Shown here: one piece after another, positions 40,487 to 50,185 of the stretch
Numbering within the stretch: position 1 is the stretch's first letter
Layout of the letters: each line of letters begins with the position of its first letter
Origin: Terriglobia bacterium
Lineage (GTDB): Bacteria; Acidobacteriota; Terriglobia; Acidiferrales; UBA7541
Assembly (NCBI GenBank): GCA_963695545.1
Contig: OY968796.1
Location: 192,001-256,000, forward strand
Length of the DNA: 64,000 bases
Direction of reading: 5' to 3'
Notes under the pieces: model-generated
Database searches by the model: none
Told to the model about the DNA's origin: nothing
The model's input: only the letters and a program-made list of their open reading frames with translations
Program-made: the position numbers and the translations under genes

Positions 40487-40789
40487 CTAGCGGATCGGGT
40501 GGTGCACCGTCACCAGCTTCGTCCCATCCGGGAATGTCCCCTCGACCTGTATTTCCGGCAGCATCTCCGGCACGCCCTCCATCACCTCGGCGCGCGTCAA
40601 TATCGTCGCGCCAAAATCCATTAACTCCGAGACCGAGCGCCCGTCGCGAATCGCTTCCAGAAGTTCGGCAGTGATCAGCGCCACAGCCTCTGGATAATTC
40701 AGCAGAAGTTTCCGCGCGCGCCGCTTCCGAGCAAGCTCCGCCGCAGTAAATATCAGAAGCTTGTCGATCTCGCGCGGAGTGAGGTGCAT
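40487..40789 (-). CDS. ureA: Urease gamma subunit
   Basis: [31 protein letters not shown]. Confidence 0.98.
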   Translation of the reverse strand: MHLTPREIDKLLIFTAAELARKRRARKLLLNYPEAVALITAELLEAIRDGRSVSELMDFGATILTRAEVMEGVPEMLPEIQVEGTFPDGTKLVTVHHPIR

Positions 40790-41142
40790 CACAGAAGATT
40801 AGCAAACGCAGGAAGGCCCGACAACGTCCGCGGCGCCAGCCAACTGTCGCGCGGAAGTGTGGAAACGAGATTCCCTCCTGTTCGCTTGCGCGCGAAAGCA
40901 CCGTTGTCGCGCGCGCTCCTAATCGGTGATAACCACAGTGCGTACGTGCGCCGCCGGTGGTAATCTATATCGTGATACCAGTCTACGCGCCATCGTAGAC
41001 GTACGTGGTTCATCGCGTCACGGACCCGCAATTGATCGTTCCAGAATTCCATTAGGACCGGGTTTTCCGACCCACCCGCCCCATCGAATTCAGAGCGTTC
41101 CATTTCCGCGTGCCGCGCTTGCTCGATAGGGAGATTCAAATC

Positions 41143-42192
41143 ATGCAGATCGCTGGCACCGCAACCGCGTTCCCCGATCAGTACTACTCTCAAGCAACTC
41201 TCGCCGCCGCGCTCCAGGAGCGCTGGGCGCCCCAATTCCCTCATCCCGAAGTGATCGAGCGCATGCTCAGTCGCGTCGGCGTCGACGGCCGTTACCTCGC
41301 GCTGCCGATGGAAAAATATTACAAGCTCAACGCCTTCGGCGTCACCAACGACGCCTGGATCGAAGTCGCCTGCGATCTCGGCGAGAAAGCCCTGTGCCGC
41401 GCACTTACGCGCGCCGGCGTCGAACCCGATGAACTCGACGCTATCTATTTCGTTTCCGTCACCGGAATCGCCAGTCCTTCCATCGACGCGCGCCTGGTGA
41501 ATCGCATGCATCTGCCCGCGCACATCAAACGCGTGCCGATCTTCGGACTCGGCTGCGTCGCCGGCGCCGCGGGAATTTCGCGCGCCGCCGATTATGTGCG
41601 CGGTTTTCCCGACCACGCCGCCGCGCTGGTTTCCGTGGAATTGTGCTCGCTCACCTGGCAGCGCCAGGACACCACGCTCGCGAATATTATTTCCACCGGC
41701 CTGTTCGGCGACGGCGCCGCCGCCGCCGTTCTCACCGGCAGCGAACGCCGCGCCGAAGGCCCTAAAATTCTCGCCACGCGCTCATCCTTCTATACCGACA
41801 CCGAAGACGTGATGGGCTGGAAAGTTTCCGAGAATGGTTTTCAAATTGTTCTCTCGCCCGCCGTCCCCGAAGTCGTTCACCAGCATCTCGCGCAGGACGT
41901 CGACGCGTTCCTCTCCGAGCACGGCCTCACGCGCGCCGATATCGGAAGCTGGATCATGCACACCGGCGGCCCCAAAATCCTGAAAGCCACCACCGAAGCG
42001 CTCGGTTTGCCCGAAGAAGCTCTTGAAGCTTCCTGGGCGTGCCTCAAGAAAGTCGGAAACCTTTCCTCAGCATCCGTTCTTCTGGTTTTGGATGAATTTA
42101 TGTACCGCCGCCGCCCCGAGCCCGGAACGTACAGCATTCTCGCCGCGATGGGGCCCGGCTTCTGCGCCGAACTCGTGCTTCTGCAGTGGTAA
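41143..42192 (+). CDS. Type III polyketide synthase (chalcone-synthase-like)
   Basis: Catalytic triad GLGCVAG / HTGG / GNLSS, plus LFGDGAAA and AMGPGF. Confidence 0.93.
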   Translation: MQIAGTATAFPDQYYSQATLAAALQERWAPQFPHPEVIERMLSRVGVDGRYLALPMEKYYKLNAFGVTNDAWIEVACDLGEKALCRALTRAGVEPDELDAIYFVSVTGIASPSIDARLVNRMHLPAHIKRVPIFGLGCVAGAAGISRAADYVRGFPDHAAALVSVELCSLTWQRQDTTLANIISTGLFGDGAAAAVLTGSERRAEGPKILATRSSFYTDTEDVMGWKVSENGFQIVLSPAVPEVVHQHLAQDVDAFLSEHGLTRADIGSWIMHTGGPKILKATTEALGLPEEALEASWACLKKVGNLSSASVLLVLDEFMYRRRPEPGTYSILAAMGPGFCAELVLLQW

Positions 42193-42239
42193 AGCAATAG
42201 CAGTAGATCCGCGCCGCGTGTGCCGCGTGCGCGAAATCG

Positions 42240-43013
42240 TTAAAGGCGCTCCACCGACATTCCGCCATCCACCATAATCACAGCGCCAGTGGAATAAGCG
42301 AAATCTCCACGCGCTAACGCCGCCACAGCCTTGCCAACATCGTCGGGCGTGCCCCAACGCGCTTCGATGGCCATGCCTTCGCGGAACAATTTGTCGTATT
42401 TTTCCGTCGTGCCCGCCGTCATGTCCGTGCGAATCACGCCCGGCCGCACTTCGTACACGGGGATGTGAAATTCCCCCAGCCGCGCAGCCCACAATCGGGT
42501 GGCCATGGACACGCCCGCTTTCGATATGCAGTAATCGCCGCGATTCGTGCTGGCCACCGTGGCCGAAACCGAAGTGATATTGATGATCGCGCCGCGATAA
42601 TCTTTCTGCGCGCGCCCCTGCTCGATCATCCAGCGTGCCGCGGCCTGCGTTAAAAAATAAGGACCACGCAAATTCGCCCGCAGCACGCCGTCGAAACTTT
42701 CCTCGGTCGCTTCCAAAATGTCGGCACGCGCCGCCGGCGCGCGCCCCGCGTTGTTCACCAGCAAATCGAGCCGCTCAAAATCTTCTCGCACTTCCGCCAG
42801 CAACCGAACGCGCGCATCAGCGTCCCCAACGTCGGCCTGCACGTACAGCACTCGCGCCCCCGCGCCGCGAAGTTTCGCCACGGGTTCGCTCACAGCCGCG
42901 GAATCGCGCAAGCCGCACAGCGCAAGATCGAAGCCTTCGCGCGCGAGGCACTGCGCAATGCCGAAACCGATTCCCCGGCTCCCGCCGGTCACAAGCGCCA
43001 CGCGCTTCGTCAC
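42240..43013 (-). CDS. SDR oxidoreductase
   Basis: TGGSRGIG, NNAG, YCISK, VDGG. Confidence 0.92.
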   Translation of the reverse strand: MTKRVALVTGGSRGIGFGIAQCLAREGFDLALCGLRDSAAVSEPVAKLRGAGARVLYVQADVGDADARVRLLAEVREDFERLDLLVNNAGRAPAARADILEATEESFDGVLRANLRGPYFLTQAAARWMIEQGRAQKDYRGAIINITSVSATVASTNRGDYCISKAGVSMATRLWAARLGEFHIPVYEVRPGVIRTDMTAGTTEKYDKLFREGMAIEARWGTPDDVGKAVAALARGDFAYSTGAVIMVDGGMSVERL

Positions 43014-44191
43014 CGTCCAAGCTCCGGAACATCAATCCACGCGCGCTCAGCCGACGATTTCAATCCCAGCTCCGCCAACTGCACGCCCTTCGCGCCCTCC
43101 AGCAGCGTCCAGTCGAACGGTTCTCCCGCCACCACGTGCCGCAAAAATAATTCCCACTCTGCCTTGAACGCATTGTCGTAGGATTTTTCGCCCGCAAAAG
43201 TTTGCCAGTTGTCGACATATCGAATCGTGCTCGGTACATCCGGATTCCACACCGGCCGCGGCGTTTCACCGTACGACTGCGTCCAGCAATCGCGCAATCC
43301 GGCCACGGCCGTGCCCTTCGTGCCGTCCACTTGCAGCGTGAGCAAATCGTCGCGCCGCACGCGCACGCACCACGAAGAATTGATGTGCGCCACCGCGCCG
43401 CCTTCAATCTCGAACGTCGCGTAAGCCGAATCTTCCGCCGTGCATTCATACGGCTTCCCGTTTTCATCCCAGCGCTGCGGAATGTGCGTTGCGCCGCGGC
43501 ACGACACCGCCTTCACGCTTCCGAACAAATGATCCAGCACGTAACGCCAATGGCAGAGCATGTCCATGATGATGCCGCCGCCATCTTCCTTGCGATAATT
43601 CCACGAAGGCCGTTGCGCCGGAACCGTATCGCCTTCAAAAACCCAGTAACCGAATTCCCCGCGCACCGAAATGATCCGCCCGAAAAATCCCTGATCGCGC
43701 AGCGCCGCCAGTTTCAGCATGCCCGGCACCCACAATTTGTCCTGCACCACCCCGTGTTTCACTCCCGCCTTTTCCGCAAGCTCGTAAAGCTCGTAGGCCT
43801 CGGCCAGCGAATTCGCCGTGGGCTTCTCGCAGTAAATATGTTTGCCCGCCGCAATCGCCTGGCGCACGGCTGCCGCACGCCGGTCCGTCGTCTGCGCGTC
43901 GAAGTAAATCGAATTGCCCGGATCGGCAAGCGCCTCGCCAAGATTCGTCGTCCACCGCGCGCCGCCCGCTGCCGCAGCGAGCTGTTCGAGCTTTGCCGCG
44001 TTGCGCCCCACCAGCACCGGCACGGGCATGATCGTTTCGCCCGAAGCCAATTTCACGCCGCCCTGTTCGCGAATCGCCAGGATCGAGCGGTGCAAATGCT
44101 GATTCGTGCCCATGCGCCCGGTGACGCCATTCATGATCACGCCGACCGTGTGCACCTTGCGCGCCGCGTCACTGTCCGATGAAGACGTCAC
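43010..44191 (-). CDS. Gfo/Idh/MocA family oxidoreductase
   Basis: MNGVTGRMG, KHIYCEKP, GGGIIMDMLCHW; GTGA overlap with the upstream cupin. Confidence 0.9.
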   Translation of the reverse strand: MTSSSDSDAARKVHTVGVIMNGVTGRMGTNQHLHRSILAIREQGGVKLASGETIMPVPVLVGRNAAKLEQLAAAAGGARWTTNLGEALADPGNSIYFDAQTTDRRAAAVRQAIAAGKHIYCEKPTANSLAEAYELYELAEKAGVKHGVVQDKLWVPGMLKLAALRDQGFFGRIISVRGEFGYWVFEGDTVPAQRPSWNYRKEDGGGIIMDMLCHWRYVLDHLFGSVKAVSCRGATHIPQRWDENGKPYECTAEDSAYATFEIEGGAVAHINSSWCVRVRRDDLLTLQVDGTKGTAVAGLRDCWTQSYGETPRPVWNPDVPSTIRYVDNWQTFAGEKSYDNAFKAEWELFLRHVVAGEPFDWTLLEGAKGVQLAELGLKSSAERAWIDVPELGR

Positions 44192-44637
44192 GCCTCGGGC
44201 CCTTCGGTGTATTGCGGCCACGCTCCCGCCGGCAGCGGCGGCGCTTCTGCTCCCGCTTTCGGCAGCGTGCCCGAAAGTTCCTGCCGCCAATGCGCCACGT
44301 CTCCCGCCGGCCCGTAGCAATAAATCATGCGCAGCGGCTCTTCGCCCGTGTTCGTGAGCTGATGAAACACGCCCGATGGAATGAACACCGCCTGACCCGC
44401 ATGCACGATCTGCCGTTCCGCGCCCAAACACATTTCGCCCGCGCCCGCGACGATGAAATAAATTTCCTCTTGCTCCTGGTTGTGCCACGGCACTTGCCCG
44501 CCGCGCGGATCGAGCGTCACGTTCCCCATGCAAAATTCTGGAATCTTAATCGGCGATGCTCCGCCCACCAAATTCTGCGTGCGACGACGCGCCGGATACC
44601 GGCGCCCTTCGATCTTTTCAAGATCGGCGACAATCAT
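44188..44637 (-). CDS. Cupin domain protein
   Basis: PWHNQEQEEIYFIVAG and FIPSGVFHQLTN cupin motifs. Confidence 0.88.
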   Translation of the reverse strand: MIVADLEKIEGRRYPARRRTQNLVGGASPIKIPEFCMGNVTLDPRGGQVPWHNQEQEEIYFIVAGAGEMCLGAERQIVHAGQAVFIPSGVFHQLTNTGEEPLRMIYCYGPAGDVAHWRQELSGTLPKAGAEAPPLPAGAWPQYTEGPEA

Positions 44638-45989
44638 CCTCGTTCTCCCAAAATATTCCCCCAGAAGACCAAATACTTTTCTTTCGCGGCCACACGCTGG
44701 ACATACAGCGCCGCCTCGCGCGCGTGATAATCGCCCCACATGCTCGATTCGCCGCACGGCACCTTGCGTTTCGGCGGCACGTAATCCCATCCGTTCGGGC
44801 GATGATACACCGAGTGCAGAATCAGCCCTTCGTGCTTCGGATCAACCGAAAGATACGGCTCGTCCAGCAGCGTATCGAGCACCGTGAGTCCCGCCTGCCA
44901 ATAGCGCCGGCCCGCCGCGCCCAGCGCGTGCCCCAGCCGCAGCAACCCCTGCGCCGCAATCGTCGCAGCCGAACTATCGACCGGCTCAAACGCGTTGAAT
45001 GGATCGGCGCGCTTCGATCTCCAATCGCCCAAGCTGCGCAAACCAGGCGCTCCCGTGTCCCAATAAGGAATCCCATCCGCGGCCGTGGCCTTCTCGATGT
45101 AATAATCGCAGGTCGCACGCGCCGCCACAGTGAGCAGCGGAAGAATTTTCTTGCGCCCCATCGCGCGCAAAAACTCGATCTGCTCGGCGAACCCGCACAT
45201 CGCCCACGCAAGCCCGCGCGTCCACGTACTGAACGCCGAATATCCCTGCTGCGAATTCGGGCAGCGAAACGTACCCGTGCGCGCATCAAAAATCGCCTCA
45301 TGCGCCACGCGCCCGCGCACATCGTAAATATCGCGCCCGCGCCCGTAATAAACGCAATAATTCGCCGTCGCCTCGGCGTGCTGTTCCAACCGCTCGAGCA
45401 ATGAACTTTTCTTGCCGTTCTCCTCCGTCAGCGCTTGCCCCAATCCATGCGCCACTCCCAGCGAGCGCAATGAGCGAATCGTGTCGACGAAAAGCGAATG
45501 CGCGCCGTTGAACGAATAAATGTACCCGCCGCCCTTCGCCAAATTCGTCCAGCGCCGCGCCTGCACCGCGCCGCTCGCCTGAAGCGCCAACGCGTAAAAT
45601 TCCCGCTCCCATTTGTTTTCCGGAATGCGTCCTTCACCCATCAGCCGATAAAGAGTGCCGTATGTGCTGATGTTGTTGAACCCATGGTCATGCCCGCCGA
45701 AATTCGTGACGTGCGGCGCCATGAATTTCAAAGTTTGCGCGCGCCCCAATTCCAGAAATTCCCGTTCGCCCGTGGCATCGAACTGCAGTAGCGCCGAGCC
45801 AAACTGAAATCCTTGCGTCCAATCCGTCCAGCCGCGCCGCGTGTATTTCCCGCGCACAGTGAAAACGGGCGCGCCTTTCGCGGGATTGAATGTGCGCTCG
45901 ATCCGGCGCACTTTTTCTCCCGAGCGCTCCCAGAATCGCCGCAGCTTCGCGGTGAAATCTTCGGTCCGAATTTTGAAATCCACCTTCAT
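44634..45989 (-). CDS. Glycoside hydrolase, GH88 (unsaturated glucuronyl hydrolase)-like
   Basis: WTQGF, HDHGF, FVDT, QQGYS..STWTRGLAW, DSSAATIAA, SMWGDY. Confidence 0.75.
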   Translation of the reverse strand: MKVDFKIRTEDFTAKLRRFWERSGEKVRRIERTFNPAKGAPVFTVRGKYTRRGWTDWTQGFQFGSALLQFDATGEREFLELGRAQTLKFMAPHVTNFGGHDHGFNNISTYGTLYRLMGEGRIPENKWEREFYALALQASGAVQARRWTNLAKGGGYIYSFNGAHSLFVDTIRSLRSLGVAHGLGQALTEENGKKSSLLERLEQHAEATANYCVYYGRGRDIYDVRGRVAHEAIFDARTGTFRCPNSQQGYSAFSTWTRGLAWAMCGFAEQIEFLRAMGRKKILPLLTVAARATCDYYIEKATAADGIPYWDTGAPGLRSLGDWRSKRADPFNAFEPVDSSAATIAAQGLLRLGHALGAAGRRYWQAGLTVLDTLLDEPYLSVDPKHEGLILHSVYHRPNGWDYVPPKRKVPCGESSMWGDYHAREAALYVQRVAAKEKYLVFWGNILGERG

Positions 45990-46103
45990 CGCGCTAAAAT
46001 CGCTCCCGCCGCGTGAGTGGCCAACGCCCGGAAATTGTACCGGAATTGCTTGAGATATGCCGAAGCCCGGCAAAATCGGAACCAACATGGAAGCGAGTCC
46101 CGA

Positions 46104-47153
46104 ATGAAAGCACTGTTCCTCGACGCACCAGGTGAATGGGCGGTCCGCGATATTCCCGCTCCGCAGATGGGAACCGGCGAAGTGTTGCTGCGCGTCCGCT
46201 ACGTCGGACTCTGCGGCACTGACCTCAGCACATTCCGCGGCAAAAACGCCCTCGTGCAATTTCCGCGAATTCCCGGCCACGAAATCTCCGCCACCATCGA
46301 GCGTGCCGGTGCCGAAGTCCCCGCGAATCTGCGCCCCGGGACAAACGTCACACTGCTCCCTTACAAGAGCTGCGGCTATTGCCCCTCCTGCCGCGCGGGA
46401 CGATTCAATACCTGCCGCGTGAACCAAACTCTTGGCGTGCAGCGCGACGGTGCGATGGCCGAATGGATCGTCGTGCCGTGGGAAAAAGTCCGCACGTCGG
46501 ATAAGCTTTCGCTCCGCGAATTGTGCCTGGTCGAGCCGCTCACCATTGGAGCGCACGCCGTGTCCCGCGGCCGCGTCACCGCGAAAGATACCGTTCTCGT
46601 GATCGGCAGCGGCACCGTGGGCCTCGGCGCGATCGCCGCCGCCGCGCACCGCGGCGCAACAGTCATCGCACTCGATATGGATGAAGGCAAGCTCGCCGTC
46701 GCCAAGCGCGCCGGCGCCGCGCACATCATCCGCGCCTCACAAGACGAAGGCGCCGCCGGCTCATCCGTCCGCGAACAACTTCTCGCGCTCACTTCCGGCG
46801 ATGGACCGAACGTAGTGATCGAAGCCGTGGGCACGCCCGAGACTTTCCGTCTCGCCGTCGATGTGGCCGCCTTCGCCGGCCGCGTCGTCTACATCGGTTT
46901 CGCCAAGGAACCCGTCAGCTACGAAACGCGATGGTTCATCCTCAAGGAGCTCGACATTCTCGGCTCGCGCAACGCCACGCCCGAGGATTTCGAGGCGGTC
47001 ATCGCCATGCTCGAACGCCGCGAATTTCCCGTGGATGAAGCGGTTGGTTCCGTCGTGCCTCTCGAAGAAGCCGGCGAAGCCCTGCGCGCCTGGTCCGAAA
47101 ATCCATTCAGCTTCCGCAAAATCCAGGTCGAGGTCAGCTCCGCAGCGCCCTGA
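46104..47153 (+). CDS. Zn-dependent dehydrogenase (sugar-acid dehydrogenase-like)
   Basis: GLCGTD, PGHE, CGYCPSC..C structural Zn, GSGTVG, ILGSRNA. Confidence 0.88.
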   Translation: MKALFLDAPGEWAVRDIPAPQMGTGEVLLRVRYVGLCGTDLSTFRGKNALVQFPRIPGHEISATIERAGAEVPANLRPGTNVTLLPYKSCGYCPSCRAGRFNTCRVNQTLGVQRDGAMAEWIVVPWEKVRTSDKLSLRELCLVEPLTIGAHAVSRGRVTAKDTVLVIGSGTVGLGAIAAAAHRGATVIALDMDEGKLAVAKRAGAAHIIRASQDEGAAGSSVREQLLALTSGDGPNVVIEAVGTPETFRLAVDVAAFAGRVVYIGFAKEPVSYETRWFILKELDILGSRNATPEDFEAVIAMLERREFPVDEAVGSVVPLEEAGEALRAWSENPFSFRKIQVEVSSAAP

Positions 47154-47192
47154 TCGCGTGCGGATCCAACCTGTAAATCTATAGTGAATTGC

Positions 47193-47579
47193 CTATCGGG
47201 AGAGTTTTTCGATCGTTTGCTGCAGCTTGCGGTGCGGCTTGTGAATGTCGTCGTACACCGCGATGGAAGCTACCACCAACACCCACACGGGGAAAATCGC
47301 CATCCCGGGAATTGCCTCGGTAATCAAGCCCGGCAGAATCGCCCAGCGCTTGCCCAGAATCAGAAACAGCAGTCCCGCCGTCGTCAGATCGATAATCCAC
47401 TGAACCGGGGGAACAAATTCGGTCCAGAACGAAATCAGATCGGAAATCGCCGCGACGCCAAACGCCAGTGCCCAGCGCTTCCAGCCCATGCGCTTGGCGC
47501 CAGTCATTTCGCGCTCGACAATCACCGCAGGCGTTTCGCCGGCGGAAACCGCCAAGTCGTGATTGGGCTCTTGGCTCAT
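47193..47579 (-). CDS. Small hypothetical membrane protein
   Basis: Hydrophobic C-terminal half (ISDLI..IDL..EAIPG..FPVW); start uncertain. Confidence 0.6.
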   Translation of the reverse strand: MSQEPNHDLAVSAGETPAVIVEREMTGAKRMGWKRWALAFGVAAISDLISFWTEFVPPVQWIIDLTTAGLLFLILGKRWAILPGLITEAIPGMAIFPVWVLVVASIAVYDDIHKPHRKLQQTIEKLSR

Positions 47580-47700
47580 CGCTAACATATATGGTGCCAC
47601 CTTCCCCGCGCGCCCGCAAGCTCTCGGCGTGCCGGAGCGTATTCGGACGTGCTAGGATTGCACCACTCGCAGCTCCTGCGAAGCCACTTGGGGGGATTCG

Positions 47701-49311
47701 ATGAGAAAGGCGCTTGGATACGGTCTCATCGCGATTGGTGTTTTGATTATCCTCGCGCTGATTCTTCCGTTTTTCATCAGTGTCAACAATTTTCGCCCCA
47801 CGATCGAGCAGAGGCTTTCGACCGCTCTCGGACGCCAAGTGCAGGTTGGAAATCTCAGTCTCTGGGCCTTCTCCGGCGTGGTTTCCGCCAAAGATCTCTC
47901 CATCTCGGACGACCCCGCGTTCGGCACCTCTCCGTTCCTGACGGCCAAGTCGCTCGATGTCGGCGTCGAAATGATGCCGCTGATTTTTTCGCGCACGCTG
48001 CACATCACCAGCCTGACGATCCAATCGCCGCAGGTGACTCTGTTGCACAATCCCGCGGGCCGTTGGAATTTTTCTTCGCTGGCCGCAGGTTCCGCGTCCG
48101 CGCCGTCCGCGCCGTCGAGCGGCGCGGCCTCCACGCTGGTCGTCGAAAAACTCGATCTCGATGATGGCCAACTCACCGTTGGCTCCACAACTTCCTCGAA
48201 GCGCAGCGTCTATAGCAACGTCGACCTCGAAATCACGAATCTTTCTCCGTCGTCGCAGTTCCCGATCAAGCTCACCGCGACGCTCCCGGGCGGCGGAAAA
48301 CTTATTGTCGACGGCCAAGCCGGCCCTCTCGACGCAACCGATGCCGCGCTCACGCCCGTCAACGCCAAGCTTGAAATCGACAGCCTCGATCTCGTCAAGA
48401 CCGGCTTCCTCGATCCGAACGCGGGCGTCAGCGGCATCGCCGATCTGAACTGCACAATTCAATCCACTGCCGGCCAAGCCGAGCTGCAAGGCACCGTCGA
48501 CCTCTCGAAGCTGCAAGTCGTGAAGGGCGGCTCTCCCGCCACCACGCCCGTCGACGTCAGTTTCGATTCCACTTTCGACATGCAGCACAGCACTGGCGTC
48601 ATCAAACAAGGCAGCGTCACCATCGGCAAAGCCGTCACTCATCTTTCCGGCACATTCGATCTCAGCGGCGATACTCCCGCCATCAGCGTGAAGCTCACGG
48701 GGCAGGATATGCCCGTGCCTGATCTCGAATCTGTGCTTCCGGCCGTCGGAGTAGTGCTTCCCAGCGGCGCCTCGCTCGAATCCGGCACGCTCACGACAAA
48801 TCTCAGCGCCTCGGGCCCCACCACCGCGCTCGTCACCACCGGCAACGTCGCTCTCGCAAACGCCAAGCTCGGCGGATTCAATCTCGGCTCGCAGTTGGCC
48901 GCGCTTTCCGCCTTCTCCGCTGTGAGCAAAGCTACCAGCACGACCATCGAGAAGTTAACGTCCAACTTGCGCGTCACCGTCGACGGCACCGCGCTCGATC
49001 ACCTCGACATGGTCGTCGACGGCATTGGTGAGATGACCGGCGGCGGAACGGTTTCCGCGACGCGCGCTCTCGATTTTCAGATGGTCGCGTCGCTCAGTGT
49101 CGGCGGATCAATTGGCAATGCGCTTAGCGGCTTGACCGGCAACAAGAACATGAAGCTCGGGATTCCATTCCACATCGGTGGAACAACATCCAGTCCGACC
49201 TTCGCGCCGGGCGGAAGTTCCGCGTCCGCATCTTCCGGCGGCGGCTCGGCCGGCGCCAACGCCGCGGCCAGCGCGCTCGGCGGCCTCTTCAAGAAGAAAA
49301 AAAGCCAATAG
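47701..49311 (+). CDS. AsmA family protein
   Basis: N-terminal anchor, LPFFISVNNFRPTIE..LGRQV, NPAGRWNF, beta-rich body, IPFHIGGT..PTF. Confidence 0.85.
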   Translation: MRKALGYGLIAIGVLIILALILPFFISVNNFRPTIEQRLSTALGRQVQVGNLSLWAFSGVVSAKDLSISDDPAFGTSPFLTAKSLDVGVEMMPLIFSRTLHITSLTIQSPQVTLLHNPAGRWNFSSLAAGSASAPSAPSSGAASTLVVEKLDLDDGQLTVGSTTSSKRSVYSNVDLEITNLSPSSQFPIKLTATLPGGGKLIVDGQAGPLDATDAALTPVNAKLEIDSLDLVKTGFLDPNAGVSGIADLNCTIQSTAGQAELQGTVDLSKLQVVKGGSPATTPVDVSFDSTFDMQHSTGVIKQGSVTIGKAVTHLSGTFDLSGDTPAISVKLTGQDMPVPDLESVLPAVGVVLPSGASLESGTLTTNLSASGPTTALVTTGNVALANAKLGGFNLGSQLAALSAFSAVSKATSTTIEKLTSNLRVTVDGTALDHLDMVVDGIGEMTGGGTVSATRALDFQMVASLSVGGSIGNALSGLTGNKNMKLGIPFHIGGTTSSPTFAPGGSSASASSGGGSAGANAAASALGGLFKKKKSQ

Positions 49312-49318
49312 TTCGCCG

Positions 49319-50080
49319 TCAATACAGAATCACAGCGACGCGATATCCGCCGAAGCCGTCGCTGCGGTCGCTCGCGCACGCGCCCACGGCCGCTTGGTGG
49401 TAACGCCCGCTCGCGATCGTGCGATTCAGCGCGTCAGGAAAATCATCGAGCGAAGCCGTGTCGAATCGCGTGAAATAAAATGCGCGTGTGCCGCCGCTCG
49501 GCTCGCGGCCTGATGCGCACGCGCGGCGCGCTTCTTCGTGGTCGCTTATCAATTCGAGGCCGCGCGATTTCACGAGCTGCTCCAATCGTGCTTCCTGCTG
49601 CTCGATCGTCAGCGCCGTCACGGCGTGCGAAAAATCCTCCACGGCGTACAATTCCCCGCCGCGCTCGACGACCGCGATACCGATCGTGTTCATTTCCGGA
49701 TCGAGAATATTTTCGCGATGCGGCGGCGAATTCATCCAACCGGTGTGCAGATCAGTCTCGGTCGGCGCGAGCGCAACATTTTCAGCCAGCGCGATGAAGT
49801 TGGCTCCCGCGTTCTTGGCGCGCGCTTCAAGTCCCGGCTCGCCCGGAAATTGGTGCGAGAGCGCGCCGCGTTGCGCCATCTGTTCGGCGTGTTGTCGCGC
49901 GGAAACGGCGAGCGCATCGTCCCAGGCAAGTTCCGGCACGTTGCGCGCCGTGCGCTCGCGATTGGTCGCGTCGAACAAAAACCTCTCCGCGCCCGAGGCA
50001 GGCGGTCCGGCCCAGACCTTCGCCTGCATCGAAAGCGCCAACGCCAGCGCGATCATCACCGCATAGCGTCCGCGTATCAT
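49319..50080 (-). CDS. CAP/SCP-domain secreted protein
   Basis: NRER, LAWDDAL..ARQHA..LSH, ENVA, WMNSPPHRENIL. Confidence 0.88.
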   Translation of the reverse strand: MIRGRYAVMIALALALSMQAKVWAGPPASGAERFLFDATNRERTARNVPELAWDDALAVSARQHAEQMAQRGALSHQFPGEPGLEARAKNAGANFIALAENVALAPTETDLHTGWMNSPPHRENILDPEMNTIGIAVVERGGELYAVEDFSHAVTALTIEQQEARLEQLVKSRGLELISDHEEARRACASGREPSGGTRAFYFTRFDTASLDDFPDALNRTIASGRYHQAAVGACASDRSDGFGGYRVAVILY

Positions 50081-50185
50081 GCCAGTCCTCGCATCCTTTA
50101 TGTATGAACCCCGTTCGTGCGATTTACACTCGCGGCGGTGCGGGCGGTGTCCATTTAATGCATAGCCCGTAGTACACTCCGCGGC

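Noticed and set aside
45990..46724. 696-aa version of the GH88-like ORF
   Set aside because: The extra 245 codons are the antisense shadow of the Zn-dehydrogenase gene
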